Assembly: GCA_016713135.1 (NCBI GenBank)
Contig: JADJPR010000023.1
Span: 668,427-732,426 of the forward strand
Length of the DNA: 64,000 nucleotides
From: Rhodanobacteraceae bacterium
Lineage (GTDB): Bacteria; Pseudomonadota; Gammaproteobacteria; Xanthomonadales; SZUA-5
Direction: 5' to 3'
A program made the translations under genes and the position numbers. Shown piece after piece: positions 56,290 through 64,000 of the stretch. Position 1 is the first letter of the stretch, and each line of letters starts with the position of its first letter. The notes beneath the pieces were generated by a model. The model did no database searches. It was not told where the DNA came from and saw only the letters and a list, made by a program, of their open reading frames with translations.

Positions 56290-58764
56290 ATGGCGCTGCG
56301 GCAACTGATCCTATGGACGGCGCTGCTGGCGCCGACAGCGCCGGCACTGGCGGCCGACAAGCCGGTCGACCCGCGCTGCGGCACCACCTTGGAACGCGGA
56401 TTCGTCGATGTCTACCGTGATGCCGACAGCGGCCGCGTGCTGATCGGCGTGCACCAGCTGGACACCCCGTTCCTGCTGGTGACCTCGCTGCCCGGCGGCC
56501 TGGGGTCGAATGATGTCGGACTCGATCGTGGCCAGGTCGGGCGCCAGCAGATGGCGCATTTCCGCCGCGTGGGCGGGCGCCTGCTGCTGGTCGCGGACAA
56601 CACGCGTTTCGTCGCCGACTCCGCCGATGAGGACGAGCGCCGCGCCGCGACCGATGCCTTCGCGCCCTCGGTCCTGTGGGCCGGGAGCATCCTCGCGCGT
56701 CCGCCCAAACCCGGCTGCAAAGCGCACTGGAAGACGCGCGACGACGACGCGCTGCTGTTCGACGCCGGCAGCCTGCTGACCGCCGACCTGCACGGCATCG
56801 CCCCGGCGATGGGCGGCGGTCCGGGCATCGCCGGGGCGCTGAAGGCCGCCGGCCAGGGCGACTACGCGCTGGATCCGGCGCGCAGCGCGGTGCTGCCCGA
56901 GGCCGCGCGCAGCTTCCCCGACAACAGCGAGTTCGAGGCGCTGCTGACCTTCGCCGGCGAGGGCGCGGGCGAATTCGTGAACCAGGTCGCGGTGGATGCC
57001 TCGGCGCTGTCGCTGCGCCAGCACCTGTCCTTCGTGCGCCTGCCGCCGCCGGGCTACGTCCCGCGCGCCTACCACCCGGCCTCGGGCGGTTTCAGCATCG
57101 GTCAGTTCGACTTCGCGCAGCCGCTCGGCGCCAGTCTGGACGTGCGCCGGCAAGTCCGTTTCCGGCTGGAACTGGATGCCGCCGGCAAGGTGGTCAAGCC
57201 GATCGTCTTCCACCTCGACCGCGGCACCCCCGAGCCGGTACGCGCGGCCCTGCTGGACGGCGCACGCTGGTGGTCGCGCGCCTTCGACGAGGCCGGTTTT
57301 CCGGGCGGCTTCCACGTGGAACTGATGCCGGAGGGCGCCGATCCGATGGACATCCGCTACAACACGATCACCTGGACCCACCGCGCCACGCGCGGATGGT
57401 CCTATGGCCTGGTGATCACCGACCCGCGCACCGGCGAGATCATCAAGGGCGCGGTCAACCTGGGCTCGCAGCGCGTGCGCCAGGACATCCTGATCGCCGA
57501 AGCATTGCTCGCGCCGTACGACAAGCCAGACGCCGACGCGCGCCGCGAGGAAGCGCTCAAGATGGCGCTCGCGCGCCTGCGCCAGCTGTCCGCGCACGAG
57601 GTGGGCCACACGCTCGGCTTCAACCACAACTTCGCCGCCAGCCGCACGGGCAACGGCTCGGTGATGGACTATCCGCACCCGCTGATCGCACTCGACGAGC
57701 GTGGCACGCCGCGGCTGGCGGATGCCTATGGTGTCGGCGTCGGCGACTGGGATCTGTACCTGGTCCGGCACGCCTATGCGGACCTCGATGACGCAGGGCT
57801 CTCGCAGCTGCGGGCGCAGATCGCCCAAGCGGGATTCGAGTACGCCGACGACGCCGATGCGCGCGGCGTCGGCGACGCCCACGCGGCCGGCGCCACCTGG
57901 GACCTGGCCGGCATGGATGCACTCGCCGGCTTCGACCGCATCGCCGAGGCGCGCGCCCACGCGCTCGCGCACTTCACGCGCGGCGTCGTGCCGCCGGCGC
58001 GCCAGCACGGAGAACTGGAAGCACGCCTGGTGCCGGTGTACCTGCTGCATCGCTACCAGGTCGACGCGCTCGCGCACCTGCTCGGCGGTGTGCGCTACCG
58101 GCATGCGCAGGCAGGCGACGGGCTCACCGGCACGGAAATGGTCGATGCGGCCGCCCAGCGCGCCGCGCGCGATCGCCTGCTCGGCACGCTGTCCGCGCAA
58201 TTCCTCGCGATTCCACCCGCAGTGCTCGACCTGCTTTCGCCGCCTGGCGCGGACTACCGCCGCGACCGCGAGTACTTCGCCGGCCGCGCGGGCCAGCCCT
58301 TCGACCCTCTCGCCGCTGCCGACGCCGCCGCCACGTTGACGCTGCAGGCCCTGCTCGCGCCGCCGCGGCTGCATCGCCTCGCGCTGCAGCATGCGCGCGA
58401 TCCGGCACAGCCTGGCCTGCGCGAAAGCCTGGATGCGCTGCTCACGGCCACCTGGAAGGCGCCGGCCGCGTCCGATGCACGCATGCGCCAGATCCAGCGC
58501 AGCGTCGCCTGGGTGACCCTCGACGCGCTGCTGGCCACGCACAATGGCGGAGCCCCGGTGCCCGATGCGAAACTCGCGCTGCATCCGGTGGTGGCAGCCG
58601 ATGTGCGCGCGGCGCTCGTGGCGCTGCAGGCGTGGGCGCAGGCGCGGGCTGGCGAAGACGCCGACTGCGCCGCAGCCTCGGACCGCATCGCTCGCTTTCT
58701 CGCCGACCCGGCCTCGGTGCCCCTGCGCCCGCTGCCGCCGGCCCCACCCGGGGCACCGATCTGA
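56290..58764 (+). CDS. secreted zinc-dependent metalloprotease (824 aa)
   Basis: Signal peptide MALRQLILWTALLAPTAPALAA and the zinc site LSAHEVGHTLGFNHNF. Confidence 0.85.
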   Translation: MALRQLILWTALLAPTAPALAADKPVDPRCGTTLERGFVDVYRDADSGRVLIGVHQLDTPFLLVTSLPGGLGSNDVGLDRGQVGRQQMAHFRRVGGRLLLVADNTRFVADSADEDERRAATDAFAPSVLWAGSILARPPKPGCKAHWKTRDDDALLFDAGSLLTADLHGIAPAMGGGPGIAGALKAAGQGDYALDPARSAVLPEAARSFPDNSEFEALLTFAGEGAGEFVNQVAVDASALSLRQHLSFVRLPPPGYVPRAYHPASGGFSIGQFDFAQPLGASLDVRRQVRFRLELDAAGKVVKPIVFHLDRGTPEPVRAALLDGARWWSRAFDEAGFPGGFHVELMPEGADPMDIRYNTITWTHRATRGWSYGLVITDPRTGEIIKGAVNLGSQRVRQDILIAEALLAPYDKPDADARREEALKMALARLRQLSAHEVGHTLGFNHNFAASRTGNGSVMDYPHPLIALDERGTPRLADAYGVGVGDWDLYLVRHAYADLDDAGLSQLRAQIAQAGFEYADDADARGVGDAHAAGATWDLAGMDALAGFDRIAEARAHALAHFTRGVVPPARQHGELEARLVPVYLLHRYQVDALAHLLGGVRYRHAQAGDGLTGTEMVDAAAQRAARDRLLGTLSAQFLAIPPAVLDLLSPPGADYRRDREYFAGRAGQPFDPLAAADAAATLTLQALLAPPRLHRLALQHARDPAQPGLRESLDALLTATWKAPAASDARMRQIQRSVAWVTLDALLATHNGGAPVPDAKLALHPVVAADVRAALVALQAWAQARAGEDADCAAASDRIARFLADPASVPLRPLPPAPPGAPI

Positions 58765-58792
58765 ACCGCGTTCCCGGAACAAGATTTCGCCG

Positions 58793-59698
<906 letters not shown>

Positions 59699-59753
59699 GT
59701 CGCGCTGTTCGCGAGACCGCAGTCTCGGCTGGCCCGGGTGCCGGACCCACGGA

Positions 59754-60419
59754 TCAAGCCGGGCGTTTGGCGTGCACGCTCCATTTCTGAAAGGCAAGGC
59801 CTTCGAGCACGAGTTCCAGATCATGTTCGAAATACACGGTCAGTGTGCTGAACTCCTCAGTCTCGTAATTCACGCCGATCACGGGATTTTCGAGCAGCCT
59901 GCCGAGCTCCGGCAGCCGGCAAGTCCTGAAACACACGAATTGAATCAAGGCGTAGCTGCCGTCGGCGAGCGTCCACTCGGTGACGATTCCGGACACCCAT
60001 TCCCGCAACAGGCGAATACCGGAGAAATGCGCGCCGACCAGATCCTCGAAGGAGGTCAATCCGCTGCGCTTGGCCCCGCGTTTCAGGTCGCGATTGTCGA
60101 ATCCGGCGTCCTGCGGGTCTGCACACACCATGTCCTGGTCGTGGAACCAGTCCACGATGTCGCGAATCGGGGACTCGTCGGTCACGCCGTGCAGCGACCA
60201 GGACAGGAATCCGGGGGTCAGCGTCAGTTCGCCGAGTCCAAAGTTGGCCACGCGTCCCTGCATCGGGTCGCCTTCGATAGTGGAACCCGGGTGTGCCTCC
60301 AGCAGCTTCGCGAGGAGCTTCTTGCGCGCGCGGATGCTGGCGGGCGTCGGCACGAAGTCACTCGACCGCACCTCTTCGATCGACAGCTTGCGCGGGAGGA
60401 AGAACAGGTCGAGGGCCAT
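59754..60419 (-). CDS. hypothetical protein (221 aa)
   Basis: ORF 59754-60449 trimmed to MALDLFFLPRKLSIEEV... I recognise no motif. G+C is visibly lower than in the neighbours. Two MITEs abut its 5' side. Confidence 0.5.
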   Translation of the reverse strand: MALDLFFLPRKLSIEEVRSSDFVPTPASIRARKKLLAKLLEAHPGSTIEGDPMQGRVANFGLGELTLTPGFLSWSLHGVTDESPIRDIVDWFHDQDMVCADPQDAGFDNRDLKRGAKRSGLTSFEDLVGAHFSGIRLLREWVSGIVTEWTLADGSYALIQFVCFRTCRLPELGRLLENPVIGVNYETEEFSTLTVYFEHDLELVLEGLAFQKWSVHAKRPA

Positions 60420-60451
60420 GTGCGTCCTTGATAGGGGAAACCGCGACACTA

Positions 60452-60598
60452 GTGTGGTGTTCCGTAATTAAGTTGAAGAAATTTCCGATGAATTTTGCGG
60501 CGAGGCAAGGCGAGAGGAGGAGTCATAGCAGTTGGCGCGACGAGCAACGCGCGGCGCAAAGGGCGGAAATAATTCAAGGTAATTGCGGAACACCACAC
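60452..60598. mobile_element. TA-flanked MITE (GTGTGGTGTTCCG(T/C)AATTA termini)
   Basis: Left end GTGTGGTGTTCCGTAATTAAG, right end ...TAATTGCGGAACACCACAC. TA lies on both sides (60450-60451 and 60599-60600). The interior is A/T-richer. Confidence 0.8.
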
Positions 60599-60600
60599 TA

Positions 60601-60847
60601 GCCCGGATGTTTCATGAAGTCGCGTGGAAATGGATCGACTTCTATGTTGTGACACGGGAATCGCCGTGTTTTGCGCGCTCTCGGACCGGACGCACCATTT
60701 CCTCGCTCACGCGGCCCTCGCTCGTTCTTTGCGCCGGACTCATCGTTGCTCGTCGTCGCAATGGAACAACCATTCCTCCTCCTCGCGCCTCGATCCCGGC
60801 GCAAAGCCCTTCGCGATCATCCGCGTGCCTTCATGAAACATCCGGGC
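60601..60847. mobile_element. TA-flanked MITE (GCCCGGATGTTTCATGAAG termini), copy 2 of the 36678 family
   Basis: Perfect 19-nt inverted termini GCCCGGATGTTTCATGAAG / CTTCATGAAACATCCGGGC. TA lies on both sides (60599-60600 and 60848-60849). Confidence 0.85.
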
Positions 60848-61213
60848 TAGATGTTATGGCAGGCAAGTATCCAGCGGCGTTCTCAGGGGCATTACCGAGG
60901 CACGGGATGGTCGCAACGCTGCTCCGCGCGCGCACCAAGACCCGACGCCGGGGCGCTGCAGCAAAGGCTGGCACTGCGCTCGGCCAGCGCATCGCGATCT
61001 GGAGGATCCGGCGTCGGTGAAACTGCGCCCGCTGCCGATGGTGCCGCCAGGGGCGCCGATTCGAGCCGCAGCTCCAGACCGGGCGCGCGCGCAGACAGCA
61101 CGGATTGACCCGCATCAAGGCAAGGAGGCGACACCGGTCCAAGCTGGAAGCATCGGGCAAGTCGCGGGTGCCTCGGCACTCGCGAGACGCTCTCCAGCAT
61201 GGGAGTCCGGGTC

Positions 61214-63661
61214 ATGCTCAAGCGATTCGTGTCGTTCGGCCTTGCGTTGGCGTTGCTGCCTGGCGGCGCAGCTGCCGCCACCTTTACGGTCACCAGCACC
61301 GCGGCGAGTGGCGCCGGGAGCCTGGAGACGATGATCGTGGCCGCCAACGGCGCGCCTGGCACCGACACCATCAACTTCGGCATCCCCGGGACAGGCATCA
61401 AGACGCTGCTGGCACCGCCTGGTGGCTACACGACGATCAGCGAGAGCCTGATCATCGACGGTGGAACCCAGGCCGGGGCGGCGCTCAACACGCTGCCGAA
61501 CGACGCGACCAATGCGGTGATCCGGATCGAGATCGACGCCAGCGCGGTGACCACGCCGTTTTCGCGGGTGTTCGCGGTCGACACCGGCACCGCAATCTTT
61601 CGCAGCCTGGCACTGAAGAACCTCGCCAACAACGTCTGGGGCATCCGCCAGGGCAGCGCGGCGGGCAACCTGGCGGTGTACGGTTGCTTCCTGGGCACCG
61701 ACGCCAGCGGCAATAACGATCTCTCGTCGGGCAATGCGATCGAGGTCGCCGCCAACGCCAACATCGGCAGCAGCAATCCGGCTGATCGCAACCTGATTTC
61801 GGGCAATTTCTTCGCGCTGGTGATCCAACCCACGTCGGCCGCCGCATTCATCCAGGGCAACCTGTTCGGCACGAATGCCGGCGGCAGCGCTTCGCTGCCC
61901 AATGCCCGGGCCATCGACGTCAGCGCCGGCTCCTCCAGTGCTCACATGATCGGCGGGATCGGCGCATCCGACGGCAACCGTATCGTGGGATCCACCCTGA
62001 GCTCGCTGCGGCTCTACGGCGGCAGCACCACCACCTGGCTGCGTAACCGCATTTACGCCAACGAGGGGCTCGGCGTCGACATCGGCGGCGACGGCATCGA
62101 CGCGAACGATCCTGGCGACGGCGACAGCGGCCCGAACGGCCGCGAAAACGCGCCAGTGATGTATTCCGCTCACATCACCGGGGGCGTCCTGCGGCTCAAT
62201 GGAAGCCTGGATGGCGACTTCACTGGCGGCGCCAAGCGGATCGAGTTTTACGCCAGCGCGCTGGCGGATCAGAGCGGCTATGGCGAGGGCGATGTGTTCC
62301 TCGGCGCCGGCACGTTGTTCCCCGGCGCGTCGGTCAGCGTCCTCGAGTTCAAGACCGCGATCACGCCGGCCAGCATGCCCGCGCTGCCCTTCGTGGTCTC
62401 GGCCATCGTCACCTCGGCGCAAGGCGCCAGCTCCGAGTTCTCCAACGTGGTCAGCGCCTTCGATGCCGGCACCCTGCACACGGTCGTCAACACCGCGGAC
62501 TCGGGTGCCGGCTCCTTGCGCCAGGCGTTGCTGGACGCGAACGCCAACCCGGGTCCCGACCTGATTCACTTCAACATCCCGGGGTCCGGCCCGCACACCA
62601 TCGCACCCCTGTCGGGTCTGAATGCCCTCAACGACACCACGGTCATCGACGGCTATTCGCAACCAGGCGCGCTGCACAACACCACGGAGAGCGGCTGGAA
62701 CGGGGCGATCAAGATCGTGATCGATGGCGCCACCGCGGGCGCGGTCGACGCCTTCCTGCTGAATGGCGGCAGCTCCCGCATCCACGGTCTGGCGATCGGC
62801 AACTACTTCGGAGTGGCGATCGGGCAGTTCGGCGGCGCTTCCCACCTGATCACCGGCAACCTGATCGGCACCGATGCCAGTGGCCTGCTCGACCGCGGGA
62901 ATGGCATCGGCATCAGTGCCGGGAGTGTTCCGGGCGGGGCGATCGGCGGCTCGCGCGCCTATCAACGCAATGTGGTGTCCGGCAACGGTGCGGGGATCAT
63001 CACCGGCGGCAGCAACGCCACGGTCTGGGGCAACTACGTGGGCGTGGCGGCCGACGGCGTCACCAGCCTGGGCAACGACGGCAGCGGCATCCTGGTGTCG
63101 GGCTCCGGCACGCGCGTGTACCAGAACCTGGTGCGCAACAATCTGGCTCGCGGTGTCAGTGTTGCCACCGATTCGGCGCGGGTCGAGATCCGCAACAACC
63201 GCATCTGGGGCAACGGGCTGCTGGGCATCGACCTCAACAACGACGGCGTCACGCCGAACGACGCGGACGACAGCGACACCGGTCCGAATCTGCGGCAGAA
63301 CTATCCGGTGCTGACGCGCGCACGTTCGATCGACGGTGCCGGCACGCTGGTCGAAGGCACGCTGGATCGCCCGGCCACTGCCGGCGCGCTGAGTTATCTG
63401 CTTGAGTTTGCATCGAACGCGAGTTGCGATCCGTCCGGCTTCGGCGAAGGCGAAGCGCCATTCGCCACGCACGCACTGACGCTGGCGACGCCGGCGGACG
63501 AGAGCTTCAGCATCTGGCTCCCGGGATACGTCGCGCCACCGGGGCGAGCGATCACGGCAACGGCGACCGCGACCGATGGCATCGATGTCACCAGCGAGTA
63601 CTCGCCGTGCGTCACCAGCACCCTGGTCGGCCAGACAGTGTTCGCCAACGGCTTCGAATGA
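61214..63661 (+). CDS. secreted right-handed beta-helix repeat protein with an internal two-fold duplication (815 aa)
   Basis: Signal peptide MLKRFVSFGLALALLPGGAAAA. Two homologous halves each carry xNFxIPGxGxxTI, Gly/Asn-rich beta-helix turns (GNxIGxxxxG) and an acidic loop (DANDPGDGDSGPNGRENAPVM / TPNDADDSDTGPNLRQNYPVL). Confidence 0.75.
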   Translation: MLKRFVSFGLALALLPGGAAAATFTVTSTAASGAGSLETMIVAANGAPGTDTINFGIPGTGIKTLLAPPGGYTTISESLIIDGGTQAGAALNTLPNDATNAVIRIEIDASAVTTPFSRVFAVDTGTAIFRSLALKNLANNVWGIRQGSAAGNLAVYGCFLGTDASGNNDLSSGNAIEVAANANIGSSNPADRNLISGNFFALVIQPTSAAAFIQGNLFGTNAGGSASLPNARAIDVSAGSSSAHMIGGIGASDGNRIVGSTLSSLRLYGGSTTTWLRNRIYANEGLGVDIGGDGIDANDPGDGDSGPNGRENAPVMYSAHITGGVLRLNGSLDGDFTGGAKRIEFYASALADQSGYGEGDVFLGAGTLFPGASVSVLEFKTAITPASMPALPFVVSAIVTSAQGASSEFSNVVSAFDAGTLHTVVNTADSGAGSLRQALLDANANPGPDLIHFNIPGSGPHTIAPLSGLNALNDTTVIDGYSQPGALHNTTESGWNGAIKIVIDGATAGAVDAFLLNGGSSRIHGLAIGNYFGVAIGQFGGASHLITGNLIGTDASGLLDRGNGIGISAGSVPGGAIGGSRAYQRNVVSGNGAGIITGGSNATVWGNYVGVAADGVTSLGNDGSGILVSGSGTRVYQNLVRNNLARGVSVATDSARVEIRNNRIWGNGLLGIDLNNDGVTPNDADDSDTGPNLRQNYPVLTRARSIDGAGTLVEGTLDRPATAGALSYLLEFASNASCDPSGFGEGEAPFATHALTLATPADESFSIWLPGYVAPPGRAITATATATDGIDVTSEYSPCVTSTLVGQTVFANGFE

Positions 63662-63769
63662 GGGCCGACTCGCGCGCGGCGCCGGCCAGCCGGCGCCGCG
63701 TCGCGGGCGTATGATCCGCGCCGCAAGTGGCGCCTGCCCGGCGCCGCTGCGAGCGCAGCGAGGCCCGTC

Positions 63770-64000
63770 ATGTCCGCCGTCCATCCCCTGCCCTGTCCCG
63801 AGGCCGCGCCGCAGTCGCTGCAGGCTTGGTTCGAGCGCTTCCGCGCCAACACCATCGGCATCGACCAGCCCTTCGACAGCCCCTACGGGCGCCAGCGCGT
63901 GATCTACGCCGACTGGATCGCCAGCGGCCGGATGTATGCGCCGATCGAGGAACTGATGCGCCACCGCATCGCGCCCTTCGTCGGCAACACGCACACCGAG
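63770..64000 (+). CDS. class-V aminotransferase-fold PLP enzyme, first 77 codons (runs off the right edge)
   Basis: My own translation from the ATG at 63770: MSAVHPLPCPEAAPQSLQAWFERFRANTIGIDQPFDSPYGRQRVIYADWIASGRMYAPIEELMRHRIAPFVGNTHTE. The YADWIASGR...P(F/Y)VGNTHTE pattern is typical of this family. Not in the ORF track because there is no stop in the window. Confidence 0.65.
   Translation, partial: MSAVHPLPCPEAAPQSLQAWFERFRANTIGIDQPFDSPYGRQRVIYADWIASGRMYAPIEELMRHRIAPFVGNTHTE

Overview
High-GC (roughly 68-70% by eye) gammaproteobacterial chromosome segment, Xanthomonadales-like by gene content; I could run no database search. All calls come from the supplied ORF track, my own translation and motif recognition. 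Repeat coordinates were set by eye and are good to a few nt. Order of content: (1) the 5' part of a large secreted P-domain/GEVED protein on the minus strand, absent from the ORF track because it is open to the left edge. (2) A decayed copy of the prfC 5' end and two type II toxin-antitoxin modules just upstream of an intact prfC. (3) A 7 x ~122-bp tandem repeat, then an APC permease, kup and kdpFABCDE. (4) A split class II ribonucleotide reductase (nrdJa/nrdJb) with two unrelated genes between the halves. (5) A GAF-GGDEF-EAL protein, cysK, PepSY-phoP-phoQ, a GNAT, a rhomboid protease, an alkyltransferase-like protein and a CNNM/TlyC transporter. (6) An ~18.6-kb aryl-polyene/xanthomonadin-type cluster (35.6-54.2 kb) carrying an extra MIO ammonia-lyase and a flavin halogenase. 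(7) A two-domain PPK2, a zinc metalloprotease, a haloalkane dehalogenase, a beta-helix protein and the start of a class-V aminotransferase. The most unusual signal is non-coding. A dispersed family of hairpin elements has stems built from tandem 6-9-nt oligomers, with the same architecture but different repeat units. These sit at gene junctions, including inside the kdp and phoPQ operons. They donate stop codons to two genes, and one is translated as the N-terminus of a LolA-like protein. They culminate in a 1.2-kb nested array at 32979-34193. TA-flanked MITEs, partial gene duplications (prfC 5' end, kdpE 3' end), homopolymer frameshifts and G14-G16 runs are also present; the last two may be sequence-quality problems.
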